DNA from: Opitutaceae bacterium
GTDB taxonomy: Bacteria > Verrucomicrobiota > Verrucomicrobiia > Opitutales > Coraliomargaritaceae
Assembly: GCA_051252375.1 (NCBI GenBank)
Contig: JBPOFY010000001.1
Span: 544,001-608,000 of the forward strand
Direction: 5' to 3'
Length of the DNA stretch: 64,000 nucleotides
Shown here: piece after piece, positions 49,938 through 60,833 of the stretch
How the letters are laid out: each line of letters opens with the position of its first letter
How positions within the stretch are numbered: position 1 is the first letter of the stretch
The notes under the pieces: model-generated
What the model was told of the DNA's origin: nothing
Database searches by the model: none
What the model saw: only the letters and a program-made list of their open reading frames with translations
Program-made: the position numbers and the translations under genes

Positions 49938-51023
49938 CTAGAACGCTTTTTGCCAGCCGATGGTGACGACGAGGTCGGTTTCTAGCTGCAGCCCGTTGAG
50001 ATCTTGCCAAAGCGGGAGGCGCACATCGGCGGCGATCCGGTGCCCTTTGAGCATGCCTTTGGGCAGGTATAGGTTGAGACCGAAAATGGCGTCGAGGCGC
50101 TCGCCGCCGTAGTTTTCGTTGAAGGCGGTGGTGACCGATCTGCCGTTTGGTCCCATGGTGCCGACGTCTTTTTGCTGACCTTTGAGCTGACCTTTGTGGG
50201 TATAACTTAGACCAGAGTTGATGCCGAGCCAATCGGTCAGGTTGTAGCCTGCCCAGCTGACGAGTTCAAACTCGTGTCCGAGACGGTAGTCGTTGGCATT
50301 TTCACTTTCTAGGCGGAGCACGCCGCGGGCTTGAGCGCCGTAGGACCAAGCTACAAACTGCTGGACGAAGGTGAGCGAGGGCAAGAGGTCGAAGGTGCCG
50401 GAGCCGAGCTGCATCGGGGCAGGCATTTGCTGATTCGTTGCGCCACCCATCGCCGGGAGTTGGTCTTTTTCGTCAATTGAGCCAGTTGGGAGGCTGAGTC
50501 CGAGGCCGAAGTGAGCCTTTCGGTTGTCTTCCAGATAGAAGCGATAGAGCGCGGTTAACTTCAAATCACCGAGCCCGCTGGACTGGGTGGTGAATGTGGT
50601 GTCGCCGCCGTTGATCATGTTGGCCGCCATCTGCGAGACGATACGGTGGTCCATCTCGATATCGATGTAGTTTGCCATCAATGCGAGTGTGAGCTTGTCG
50701 GTGGGCGCATACATCAGACCGAGCATGTGCATGTCCATCGTCATGCTTTCGGGCGCTACAGTATAGCCGCTGGCAAAGACATCGCTGGAACTGATCCGGT
50801 CAGTTCCGGAACGCATGCCGTCCATCTGCATGTTCATGTAGCGGTAGGAGAGCATCCAGCCGTCTTTTGCATGGGTGTGATCGCCCATCACGGAGATGGG
50901 GGCGTGCTCGTCTGGGCGAGGTTGATGGGCTTCGTCCGTTGCGCAGCAACTGAATGTGGGCTGGGCGGAAGTAGCAGTTAGTGTGAGAGAGAGGGAGATG
51001 AGTGATTTTATAAATGTGTGCAT
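49938..51023 (-). CDS. Met/His-rich outer-membrane beta-barrel-like protein (putative metal-related 'transporter')
   Basis: Signal peptide, RPDEHAPISVMGDHTH, MTMDMHM, GLGD, LSLPTG, MQLGSG, terminal Phe. Confidence 0.75.
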   Translation of the reverse strand: MHTFIKSLISLSLTLTATSAQPTFSCCATDEAHQPRPDEHAPISVMGDHTHAKDGWMLSYRYMNMQMDGMRSGTDRISSSDVFASGYTVAPESMTMDMHMLGLMYAPTDKLTLALMANYIDIEMDHRIVSQMAANMINGGDTTFTTQSSGLGDLKLTALYRFYLEDNRKAHFGLGLSLPTGSIDEKDQLPAMGGATNQQMPAPMQLGSGTFDLLPSLTFVQQFVAWSYGAQARGVLRLESENANDYRLGHEFELVSWAGYNLTDWLGINSGLSYTHKGQLKGQQKDVGTMGPNGRSVTTAFNENYGGERLDAIFGLNLYLPKGMLKGHRIAADVRLPLWQDLNGLQLETDLVVTIGWQKAF

Positions 51024-51143
51024 AGTTGTGCTTAAGTTGCGCGAAGGCACAGTGCCTCCGCATGATTGTAATCTGGTTGAGCAAAGACTCTCTATCCGAG
51101 TCGACGTGACTCGTGGTCTATGCTTCTAAACGTGCGAGATTAC

Positions 51144-51530
51144 TTAAGCTCGAGGTGGAGGTGTCGGCACAAGGCGACACATACTGAGTAGTCGATCTGT
51201 CTGCTCGATGTAAGTCAGCGGCTTTGCCACGGCATGTGCAATGGTGGTGGCGCGCGCCAGCCCAAGCATGAGTTTGATCTCTTTGAGCTTGGTATTTGGT
51301 GCTTCGCTCGGTGTGGATTGCTGGTTGTCTTCTGCGGAATCAATCACGCGGCAAATGTCGCACGGACGTTCGTCGCCAAAAGTTTCTTTGATCGCTTGCT
51401 GCAGTGAACTTTCTTGCGTGTAGCTGACGAGCATCCAAGACCAAGCACCCAACTGCAGCAAAGCCAGCGGCCCAGCCATCAGCCAGGTCGCGAACAAGAG
51501 CAGTGAAATTTGCCAAAATCGTCGAAGCAC
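51144..51530 (-). CDS. DUF2946-like leader protein (CxxC + C-terminal Pro-rich motif)
   Basis: Hydrophobic N-terminus, PCDIC, terminal VPTPPPRA. Confidence 0.7.
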   Translation of the reverse strand: MLRRFWQISLLLFATWLMAGPLALLQLGAWSWMLVSYTQESSLQQAIKETFGDERPCDICRVIDSAEDNQQSTPSEAPNTKLKEIKLMLGLARATTIAHAVAKPLTYIEQTDRLLSMCRLVPTPPPRA

Positions 51531-51597
51531 GTTGAGGAGCGAATGTGTTTAGTGACTGATGGCGAGCACAGATTCAACGGAAGATTACGGTCCTTTT

Positions 51598-51624
51598 TGT
51601 AAGTGTGAGCCCCTGCTTACGTTG
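51598..51624 (+). promoter_or_regulatory. Putative ECF-sigma promoter TGTAAG-N16-CGTTG
   Basis: Boxes identical to 40014-40040. Ends 7 nt before GTG 51632. Confidence 0.72.
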
Positions 51625-51631
51625 TGTCCCC

Positions 51632-52969
51632 GTGAACTTGCCTCCGATTAAAACCATACTCTACCCGACTTATGGCGTCGCCAGCTTGGGTAAAGTGGCT
51701 GTTGAGGTGACGTTACAGCTGTATCTGTTTGATTTCTACACGCGGATACTTGGGCTCAGCCCCATTCTCGCTGGGGCAGCCTTTGCGGTCGCGATCTTGT
51801 GGGATGCTTTGAGTGATGTCATTGTGGGGGCCGGTCTCTTTTCTGCGCGGCGGCGAGGTGTGGCTTACACCACTGTGCTGGGAGTGGGCGTTGTTTTGCT
51901 CGCAGTTACGACAGTGCTTTTGTTTTCACCTTTTTCGACCGGCTCATCCTTTACTTTGTTTCTACACCTACTGGTGGCCTATGTTTTGGTGAATACAGGC
52001 ATGACCTTACTGGACTTGCCGCAAAGCAGTCTAAGTGCCGAGCTTAGCCGGAAAGCTGCCGAACGAAACAAGCTTCTAGCCGCGCGCATGGGGTTCGGTA
52101 TTCTGGGGCTTGCTATTGGGAGTGCGCTTCCGGGCATCTATCTGGCGGGTATTGAGGGTGAACCATCTATGGTTGAGTTGTCTGATTCGCGCCGAGTGAG
52201 TGCTTACTGCTTGGGCGCTTTGGTTCTGGTGACTGGTATGATGACCGCGTTTGGGCTTAAGAAGCGCGAGCGCTTGGCGGAGCATGGAGCGGTCCACTCA
52301 GTGCCGTCATTGGCAGATTTGAAAGCCCTGTTTGCGGACCGTGCATTTGTGCAGATACTGATCGCTGGCGTGATTGCTGCGATTGGGAGGACGGTGAACG
52401 CCGCGCTTGCTTTGATGTATTATCGCTTTGTTTTGGAGCTTTCCGAGGCGCAAGTGACGCAGGCGATTTTTCCGGTATTTACACTCAGCATCGTGCTCTC
52501 GATTCCGCTCTGGATTAAACTGTCCAAGCGGTTTGGTAAAAGGGTGCCAGCGTATATCTCAATTGTTGGTTTGGGCGTGATGGGCATCATTGCATACCCC
52601 ATCCTACCAGCGGGATTGGTCTGGCCCGCCTTGATTGTTTCAGCGATTGGCGGGGTGCTTTGCGGAGCGGTCTTTCTGGTCGACTCAATGATTACTGACT
52701 TGATCGACGCGGATGAGTTGTCGACGGGGAAGCGTAAAGAATCACTTTATTTTGCGGTTTGGAAGAGCGGGCTCAAAGTGGCACGTGCATTAGCATTTGT
52801 GGCTATAGGCGTCGGACTGGAATGGATGGGGCTCGATCTTTCACTAGATGTAATCTCCGGCGCAATGCAGTGGGGTATCATTCTACTTTTTGGCATCTTG
52901 GTCGGGCTCTGTTTTGTCTTGGCTGGCTATTTTATTTATCGGGCCGAAGTGCCTAATCCTACGGAATAA
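51632..52969 (+). CDS. MFS transporter (GPH/MFS_2 family)
   Basis: WDALSD, PQSSLSAELS, ERNKL, DLIDAD, about 12 TM. Start GTG 51632 preferred. Confidence 0.85.
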   Translation: MNLPPIKTILYPTYGVASLGKVAVEVTLQLYLFDFYTRILGLSPILAGAAFAVAILWDALSDVIVGAGLFSARRRGVAYTTVLGVGVVLLAVTTVLLFSPFSTGSSFTLFLHLLVAYVLVNTGMTLLDLPQSSLSAELSRKAAERNKLLAARMGFGILGLAIGSALPGIYLAGIEGEPSMVELSDSRRVSAYCLGALVLVTGMMTAFGLKKRERLAEHGAVHSVPSLADLKALFADRAFVQILIAGVIAAIGRTVNAALALMYYRFVLELSEAQVTQAIFPVFTLSIVLSIPLWIKLSKRFGKRVPAYISIVGLGVMGIIAYPILPAGLVWPALIVSAIGGVLCGAVFLVDSMITDLIDADELSTGKRKESLYFAVWKSGLKVARALAFVAIGVGLEWMGLDLSLDVISGAMQWGIILLFGILVGLCFVLAGYFIYRAEVPNPTE

Positions 52970-52977
52970 AAATAACT

Positions 52978-53561
52978 ATGAAAAAATTAACCTTCAAAAT
53001 TTTAGGTATCTTCGCTATCGTGACGTGTATGAGTTTGCTCAATGGATGCGCTTCCAGTAAGGCGCCGTTGCCGATGGCTAAAGACGTCGATATCGATCGC
53101 TTTATGGGGCGTTGGTATGTGGTCGGATATACGCCGATCCTAGTTGATAAAGCTGCGCACAATGCGATTGAGCACTATCGGCTGGACGATGCAAAAAAGA
53201 TACAAACAACTTACCAATTTCGAGACGGTGGTTTTGATGGCGAGTTGAAGACCCATACGCCTGTTGGCTGGGTGCATGACGAGGCGAATAATGCCGAGTG
53301 GCGTATGCAGTTTATTTGGCCTTTTCGGTCGGACTACATCATCCTGTATGTGGATGCGGAGTATACGCGCACGATCATTGCCCATCCAAATCGAAAGTAT
53401 GCTTGGATCATGCAACGTGAACCTGAAATCAGCGATGCTGACTACGAGGCGATGTTGCAAAAGCTAGAGGTCGTGGGCTATGACCGCAGCGTAATTCTGC
53501 AGCTGCCACAAGACTGGTCGAATGAGGCTGATCGCTTGGAAGACTTAAAGGCGCAGGGGCT

Positions 53562-53565
<4 letters not shown>
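52978..53565 (+). CDS. blc: Lipocalin family lipoprotein (Blc-like)
   Basis: Lipobox [30 protein letters not shown]. Confidence 0.88.
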
Positions 53566-54746
<1,181 letters not shown>

Positions 54747-54758
<12 letters not shown>

Positions 54759-54782
54759 AGCTAATGAATAATGGCTAAATGG
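54747..54782. repeat. 7-bp array (CTAATRG type), one arm flanking the four-helix-bundle gene
   Basis: AGAATGG CTCATAG CTAATGA ATAATGG CTAAATGG. Overlaps the purM start codon. Confidence 0.7.
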
Positions 54783-54797
54783 TTTGTTTGAAAGTGA

Positions 54798-55154
54798 TTA
54801 TTTGTTGCGAAGATATTTCGCGAATCCTGCTAGTTGTTTTGAGATCTCTACGCAGTCTTCTGTTCTTAGTTGGGCAATGTCTTCAGAAATGTGTTTCAGG
54901 CGGACAGCAAGTAGATACATGCTTCTCACTTCACCTGTCGAGCCTTTGGCAATATCCAGAAATCTGGAAAATTCGGTGGAGGTGCTTCTTTCGGAGCCTT
55001 CTGCGATATTGTTGGATATGGATATGGCTGCTCGTTTGATCTGATTGGTAAATGAGAAATCCTGAGTGTGCTCAAAGTCGGTATAGACTTTAGCTGCTAA
55101 ATTCTGGGCGTCTTGCCAGACCTTCATTTCGACGAAGTCTTTTAATTTCTCCAT
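54798..55154 (-). CDS. Four helix bundle protein (23S rRNA-IVP/TIGR02436 family)
   Basis: VWQDA, QIKRAAISISNNIAEG, FLDIAKGSTGEV. Confidence 0.92.
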   Translation of the reverse strand: MEKLKDFVEMKVWQDAQNLAAKVYTDFEHTQDFSFTNQIKRAAISISNNIAEGSERSTSTEFSRFLDIAKGSTGEVRSMYLLAVRLKHISEDIAQLRTEDCVEISKQLAGFAKYLRNK

Positions 55155-55171
55155 TAGCGCTTAGCTATTAG
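55151..55171. repeat. 7-bp array, inverted partner arm
   Basis: CCATTAG CGCTTAG CTATTAG (reverse complement CTAATAG CTAAGCG CTAATGG). Contains the four-helix start codon and the plsC stop codon. Confidence 0.7.
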
Positions 55172-55809
55172 ATTGTTTCGTATCGCGGAGCTTGAAGCTC
55201 CGTGATGCGCGCCATGATGCGGCGGGAGGCTTCTAGGTAGCGCTCGGGGTGGGCTTTGCCGGGATCGATTTCGTCTGTGGTCATCGGGCGACCGTAGGCG
55301 ATGTGAATGGGGCCGCCGATTCTTGGTTTTTTGTCGTGGCGGCCAAAGACTTCGTAGGTGCCGAATAGCCGTGTCGGGATGACGGTGGCTTTTGATTTAC
55401 AGGCGATCATGCCGGCTCCGGCCTTGGGCTCCGTGAGTTCTCCGGTGGGTGAGCGGGTGCCTTCGGGGTAGATCGCGATGGCGCCTTTATTTTTTAAGGC
55501 GCGAAAAATGGCTTTGAGCGATGCGACGTCGGCATTCTCGCGAGCCACAGGGATGGCTTCGAGTTTGTGGAGTGCTTTTCCGAGTAGACCTTTGAAGAGC
55601 GTGTCGCGGGCAAAGTAGTTGATGTGCCGCTTAACTTGGCAGCCGATGGCGGGTGGATCGTAAAAACTGATATGATTGGCCGCGAAGATGACGCTCCCTG
55701 ACATGGGCACGTTGGATATGCCGGAGGTGCTGAAGTCGTAAAATGTATTGAAGAACCAGTCCGATGTGATGCGGGTGTAGTTGTAAAATTCTGGAATCTC
55801 GGGAGCCAT
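55168..55809 (-). CDS. plsC: 1-acyl-sn-glycerol-3-phosphate acyltransferase
   Basis: NHISFYD, YPEGTRS. Confidence 0.88.
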   Translation of the reverse strand: MAPEIPEFYNYTRITSDWFFNTFYDFSTSGISNVPMSGSVIFAANHISFYDPPAIGCQVKRHINYFARDTLFKGLLGKALHKLEAIPVARENADVASLKAIFRALKNKGAIAIYPEGTRSPTGELTEPKAGAGMIACKSKATVIPTRLFGTYEVFGRHDKKPRIGGPIHIAYGRPMTTDEIDPGKAHPERYLEASRRIMARITELQAPRYETI

Positions 55810-55818
55810 CAATTAAAA

Positions 55819-56481
55819 TTAGGGATTAAGTATCAGCTTGGCGATTTTTTCGATCACCTCTTCGAGGGTGAAGGGTGCAGTATCGACCTGGGTCGCTCCT
55901 TCGGGGCAGACGAGTGGGGCGGTTTTTCGAGTTTTATCCATTTGATCGCGGGCGGCAATCGAGTCGGTTTGACCTTCGTTGGCGCGCCGGGCGGCTCGTG
56001 TGGCTTCGTCGGCATGTAGGAAAAAGCGATGGTCGGCATCGGGAAAAATGATGGATCCGATGTCGCGGCCTTCCATGATCAAGCCGGTGTAGTTCGCGCT
56101 CCGAGCGACTTCGGCAAGGGAACGCTGATAGTTGAACAGCTTCTGACGGACGGTTTCGATGGCGGCAAATTTTGAGACGTTTGCGTTGACCTCGGGGGAT
56201 CGGATCGCGCTGTCTGCGGGCACTTCGGCATTGATGCTGAGTCGGGCGCTGCGGCCTTCGAGGGTGGTGTCGAGCGAAAGTGCCCCTAGTAGCTCCGAGA
56301 TGTTGTCACTTTCAGGGGAGGCTCCGACCTTGAGCATGGCATAGGTGAGCGTGCGATAATGTGCGCCGGTATCGACGTGCATTAAATCGAGTTTATCGGC
56401 GAGACCTCTGGAAGTGGAGGACTTCCCTGTGGCTGCGCCGCCGTCGATGGCGATGATTTTAAAGTCTGAAGGTGAGGACAT
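55819..56481 (-). CDS. cmk: Cytidylate kinase
   Basis: IAIDGGAATGKS, DTGAHYR, MEGRDIG. Confidence 0.93.
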   Translation of the reverse strand: MSSPSDFKIIAIDGGAATGKSSTSRGLADKLDLMHVDTGAHYRTLTYAMLKVGASPESDNISELLGALSLDTTLEGRSARLSINAEVPADSAIRSPEVNANVSKFAAIETVRQKLFNYQRSLAEVARSANYTGLIMEGRDIGSIIFPDADHRFFLHADEATRAARRANEGQTDSIAARDQMDKTRKTAPLVCPEGATQVDTAPFTLEEVIEKIAKLILNP

Positions 56482-56495
56482 GTTGTTTGATCGAA

Positions 56496-57851
56496 CTAAG
56501 CTCCGCGCAATGTGTCGAGAACTTCAAAGAAATTTGGGAAGGTTTTTCCACAACAGGCCGGATCGTTGATGGCTAACCAAGGTTGCCCGTCGTCGAGTAG
56601 GTCGTAACTGCCGAGGATGGCAAAGCTCATCGCGAAGCGGTGGTCTTCGTAGGTGTCGATAGTGAGTAGTTGGCCGCTGTTACGTGCTTTGAGTGCGCGG
56701 GCACGTAGTTCGTTTGGCTTGATCGCGATGGTTAGGGCGTCCTCCTCTTCTTTGACGAGTTGCCCGAGTTTGGAGAGTTCCGCGGCCATGCCCGCGATGC
56801 GGTCTGTTTCTTGGCGACGGGTGTGACCGATGCCGCAGATGCGGACGGAGCCACCTAATAAGGGCGAGCTCGCGGCGTAGGTGAGAAAGGTGTCTGAAAT
56901 CGTATTGAAGTCGATTTCGCGGTGACCTCGCTGGATGTCTAGTGGGTCGGCGCAAGCGACGGTCCATTCGTTGTTTTCAGCGTCGACGCGTAGACCATGA
57001 TGGGAAAGGACGTCGACGAAGTGGGCATCGCCCTGTAAAGGGTCGGCGCTGATCTTTGGTATTTTCAGCGTGCCGCCTTGAATCATTGTCAATGCGAGGA
57101 AGTAGCTGGCTGCTGAAAGGTCGGGTTCAATGTCGTAATGGCCGGGGCTTTTGTATTTAGCTGCAGCGAGGGTGTATTGTCCGTCTTCGGTCGGTTCGAG
57201 GGCGGCGGCGCCAAACGCTTCACGCATTTTCAAGGTGATCGCTACGTAGGACGGGCGCACGTTGTCGCAGGTCAATGTTAGCTCTCCAGAGCCTGCTGGG
57301 GCGGCGAGTAGCAAGGCTGACAGTATTTGGCTACTGCTGCTGGCGTCGACGCGAGCCGAGCCGCCCTTGTAGCCTTTGGTTTTCATTGTGAATGGGAAGT
57401 GCCCAGCTTCTTCGTGGAATTCAAATTCGGCTGCATCTAGTTCAACGAGTGCATCGAGCAGACCGGACATGGGTCGCTCGCGCATGGCTGGGTCGCTGTC
57501 CAGTTTGTAGGTGCCGCCTTCTGAGAGCGCGAGAAAGGCTGTGAGAAAGCGGGCTGCAGTTCCAGCGTTGCCAACCTGGAGCTCAGCGTTTTTGGATGGA
57601 ATGGATCCGCCTTCACCTTGAACGGTGATTGTTTCAGCAGCTTCATCAGCCGAGCACTTAAAACCAAGTGCTTCGAGTGCGGTGAGCATGATTCGAGTGT
57701 CGCGACTGAAGAGTGCACCTTCGAGGCAGGTTTCTCCTTCTGCGAGTGCTGCAAGAATGAGCGCTCGGTTTGTAATGCTTTTTGAGCCAGGTAATTTGAC
57801 GCTGGAGTTGAGCTGCTTGGTAAAAGGCTGGATGGGTAGTGTGTCGGTCAT
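56496..57851 (-). CDS. aroA: 3-phosphoshikimate 1-carboxyvinyltransferase
   Basis: PGSKSITNR, GNAGTAARF, SSQILS, ETDRI, DHRFAMSF. Confidence 0.96.
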   Translation of the reverse strand: MTDTLPIQPFTKQLNSSVKLPGSKSITNRALILAALAEGETCLEGALFSRDTRIMLTALEALGFKCSADEAAETITVQGEGGSIPSKNAELQVGNAGTAARFLTAFLALSEGGTYKLDSDPAMRERPMSGLLDALVELDAAEFEFHEEAGHFPFTMKTKGYKGGSARVDASSSSQILSALLLAAPAGSGELTLTCDNVRPSYVAITLKMREAFGAAALEPTEDGQYTLAAAKYKSPGHYDIEPDLSAASYFLALTMIQGGTLKIPKISADPLQGDAHFVDVLSHHGLRVDAENNEWTVACADPLDIQRGHREIDFNTISDTFLTYAASSPLLGGSVRICGIGHTRRQETDRIAGMAAELSKLGQLVKEEEDALTIAIKPNELRARALKARNSGQLLTIDTYEDHRFAMSFAILGSYDLLDDGQPWLAINDPACCGKTFPNFFEVLDTLRGA

Positions 57852-57882
57852 TGTCGAGTTGCGAGATCGGGGTTGTGAGAGC

Positions 57883-58728
57883 TTAGGAAAGTTGGTCGCG
57901 GTATTTTTTGCCCTGCTCTAGGATTGCTGTTAGCGCGTGTGATTCGTTGTTGAGCAGAGCGGCTTTGAGTTGTTGTAGCTCATTTTCGAAGGCGTCTATG
58001 GAGCGCAGGACTTCTTCGCGGTTTTGCTCTAAGATTTGCTTCCAGAGTTGGGGGTCGCCTGCCGCGACACGTGTGCTGTCCCGTAGGCCGCCACCTGAAA
58101 AATGGCGCCAATTAGGCTCTTTCTTCGCAAGGAGGCTGCAGAGAGTTGAGGCCAGGAGGTGTGGGAGATGGCTGATATGCGCGACGATTTCGTCGTGTTC
58201 TTCAGGAGAGACCGTTGCTAAACGCATGCCGAGGGCTTCCCAGAAGTTCATGAGGCGCGCGATTTCTGTGTCCGGAGCGTCGGGCAATGGTGTGATTAGA
58301 CAGGCGGCATCTTGGAAGAGATCGACACGTGCATGCTCCATACCGCTGTTTTCAGAGCCCGCCATCGGGTGTGAGCCAATAAATACGGAAGCGCCGGAGA
58401 GTGCGGCCGAGGCATGACGGCAGATTAGGCTCTTAGTGCTGCCAACGTCGGTGATGAGCGTGCCGGGTTTCAATGTGGCACTTATTTGTTCGATAATCGG
58501 GACAATCGTTTCAACAGGCGTGCATAGGACGACGAAGTCGCTGCCCGCAACCGCTTCGGCGGGTGTCTCAAAAACGGCATCGCACCAATCCGCTTGTATG
58601 CATTTGGCTCGTGTCTCCGCTCGGCGCGACCATGCGTGCACCGATTTGGCTAGCCCTTTTTCCTTAACGGCCATCGCCAAAGACGCCCCGAGGAGGCCTG
58701 GCCCAAGTATGGTAATCTGCTCAAACAT
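57883..58728 (-). CDS. tyrA: Prephenate/arogenate dehydrogenase
   Basis: GPGLLG, TDVGSTK, HPMAGSE, HD...SHLPH, RVAAGDP. Start ATG 58728. Confidence 0.92.
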   Translation of the reverse strand: MFEQITILGPGLLGASLAMAVKEKGLAKSVHAWSRRAETRAKCIQADWCDAVFETPAEAVAGSDFVVLCTPVETIVPIIEQISATLKPGTLITDVGSTKSLICRHASAALSGASVFIGSHPMAGSENSGMEHARVDLFQDAACLITPLPDAPDTEIARLMNFWEALGMRLATVSPEEHDEIVAHISHLPHLLASTLCSLLAKKEPNWRHFSGGGLRDSTRVAAGDPQLWKQILEQNREEVLRSIDAFENELQQLKAALLNNESHALTAILEQGKKYRDQLS

Positions 58729-58861
58729 GTTGGTGTAGTTGAAACTTTCTTTCTGATTTGAAGTCGAGTGATAAAAAGGAGTTCTGCCTTTTGCCTTGCG
58801 ACTAGGGTAATAGGGGCTCATTTAGGCAGACCGTATTTTTAGTGCCAGCCCGAATTATTCT

Positions 58862-60616
58862 ATGGCTATATTTAAGCAGTCCTCATTTTTCCTCCCCAAT
58901 CGAAGCACAGGTGCCGTAAAACGCGTTTTTATTGTTTTACTCATCGTGATCTTATGCGTCGGCGTGCTTGGCGGAGCTTGGTTTTTAACAAAGCTGGGTC
59001 CTCAATCAGTGGATTCCCGGACGATTAACCAAGATATCGAAGTTTCCGAAGAGGTGCTTGCTCTAAAGGCCCGCAGCTTAGAGCTCGAAGCCCAGTTTGA
59101 GGAAGTGCTGGCGATTCGAGATGCGAACCTGACAGATGTTAAATTGCTGAAAGAGGCATTGGATCTTCAGGTGGAGTATCTGGACAAGTACCCCGGCGTT
59201 GATTCTGACGCGGTTAGCCGGCGGATAAATTTGCGCAAGCGTTACCAAGACCTGGCGGCAAGTAGTTTGCTTGAGAGCAGTCGTCAGTTGGAGCAGGAAG
59301 CTCAAGAACTAGCTAAGGTAGAGGATTATGAACTAGCCCGCGCGAAATACGGCGAAGCTTATGAGCAGCAAAAAAAGATTAATGAAGATTTTCCTCTTAG
59401 TCGTGCATACAATATGGGACGAGCGACCCGGCTACAGCGACAAGCCCGCTATTTGACAGCGCAGCCGCTCTATGAGCGTAGTCAAGAAGCAGAGGTAGAA
59501 GCAGATGTGTTTATTGAGAAACATGAATGGATAAAGGCGGAAGAACGTCTACAGGTAGCGATTGCGATCCAGGACGATCTCAATCGTGAATACCGTGGAA
59601 CGAATCAAGCTAGTGTGGCGCGGTTAGAGCAAATGCGGGTCAAATTGGTAGGTATTCGTTCAGGGCAGAGCTATTTGGAGGTCGAGCGTGTTGCTGACCT
59701 TGCAGATGCGAGTCGTGCGGCGGGTGAAAACTTGGAGGCGGCTAGTTTATATTTGGAGGCATCGCGCTTACAGCGACTATTGAATGAAGAATATACGGAC
59801 AGCCTTTACGCATCTTCGGAACGTGTGGCTGAATTTCAACGCAAAGCTCAAACTTCAGAAAGCTTTGAGCTCGGTTTGGAGATTGAGCGGAATCATAATC
59901 ATTTGAAAGAGTTGCTGGCGGCCCGCCGCACCTATGAAGCGGCTGAGGTGATTGCTGCGCTGCGTCGTTCGATTCAGCAAATGGAAGATGCATATCCGCG
60001 CAGCTCGCTGAACGACGAAGAGCTTCAAGTGAAGGTGCGTTACTTAAACCTCGTTCAAAATGACCTCGGGTTTATTCAAGATCGTGTTTATGATGCATTG
60101 CTTCCAATCCCAGAGGAAGAGGAGTGGAAGATGTTGCGCACCGAAGTCCCTCAAGCATTGTATTCTTTGATTATGGGCACAAATCCTAGCCGTAATGAAG
60201 GAGGCCTAAATCCGGTGGATTCTGTAAGTTGGACTGATGCAAAAACATTTTGTGAACGCCTTTCATGGATCCTTGGAAAGCCGGTTCGCCTGCCCACGGA
60301 AAATGAATTTCGCCAAGCATTGGGTCGCTTGAAATATGTGGTTTTGGAAGATCACGTCTGGAGTGTTTCTGCTTCAGGTGGGATTTCGCAGCCAGTGTCG
60401 AAAAAGCAGGCTTTGGCGAGTGGTTATTTTGATTTGCTCGGCAATGTGAGTGAATGGCTAGAGTCGATAGATCGCTATGAGGATGAGGATGCGCGCCATA
60501 TCGGTGGACATGCTCAGGATCGGCTGGAAGCCATTTTTACGGTGCCTATGCGCGAAGCACCCAGAGGCGAGCGTAACCGTATGACGGGGTTTCGCTTCGT
60601 GGTGAGTGCTAATTGA
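58862..60616 (+). CDS. Membrane-anchored helical-repeat protein with C-terminal FGE-sulfatase (SUMF1) domain
   Basis: N-terminal TM, two helical repeats, MGTNPS, PVDSVSW, RLPTENE, DLLGNVSEW, GFRFV. Confidence 0.82.
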   Translation: MAIFKQSSFFLPNRSTGAVKRVFIVLLIVILCVGVLGGAWFLTKLGPQSVDSRTINQDIEVSEEVLALKARSLELEAQFEEVLAIRDANLTDVKLLKEALDLQVEYLDKYPGVDSDAVSRRINLRKRYQDLAASSLLESSRQLEQEAQELAKVEDYELARAKYGEAYEQQKKINEDFPLSRAYNMGRATRLQRQARYLTAQPLYERSQEAEVEADVFIEKHEWIKAEERLQVAIAIQDDLNREYRGTNQASVARLEQMRVKLVGIRSGQSYLEVERVADLADASRAAGENLEAASLYLEASRLQRLLNEEYTDSLYASSERVAEFQRKAQTSESFELGLEIERNHNHLKELLAARRTYEAAEVIAALRRSIQQMEDAYPRSSLNDEELQVKVRYLNLVQNDLGFIQDRVYDALLPIPEEEEWKMLRTEVPQALYSLIMGTNPSRNEGGLNPVDSVSWTDAKTFCERLSWILGKPVRLPTENEFRQALGRLKYVVLEDHVWSVSASGGISQPVSKKQALASGYFDLLGNVSEWLESIDRYEDEDARHIGGHAQDRLEAIFTVPMREAPRGERNRMTGFRFVVSAN

Positions 60617-60684
60617 CGAATTATTGACGGAAAATAGTTAAGTTCGCATTGCGTGTAACAAATGGGACGGTAGTGTTGATTGCT

Positions 60685-60825
60685 ATGCAACAGACTGTGA
60701 AGACGTCAGACTCGGAGCTTTTAAAGCGTGCGAGTCGTACACAATTTATCATCTATATAGTAATGGGTGTTTTGATGATTGTGCCTATCGTGGTTGTTTG
60801 GATGACTGGAGCATTACAATTTTAA
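60685..60825 (+). CDS. Small single-TM protein (46 aa), not in the ORF track
   Basis: MQQTVKTSDSELLKRASRTQFIIYIVMGVLMIVPIVVVWMTGALQF*. Stop lies 8 nt before the next ATG. Confidence 0.6.
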   Translation: MQQTVKTSDSELLKRASRTQFIIYIVMGVLMIVPIVVVWMTGALQF

Positions 60826-60833
60826 GGTAGGTT

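Noticed and set aside
32717..51062. Shared 12-mer AGTGCCTCCGCA in two intergenic regions
   Set aside because: Only two copies, in different hairpin contexts and next to unrelated genes; compatible with chance.
54798..60616. Diversity-generating retroelement (Avd-like four-helix protein plus FGE/C-lectin-fold protein)
   Set aside because: No reverse transcriptase in the window, no TR/VR repeat pair differing at adenines seen, and the two genes are separated by housekeeping genes.
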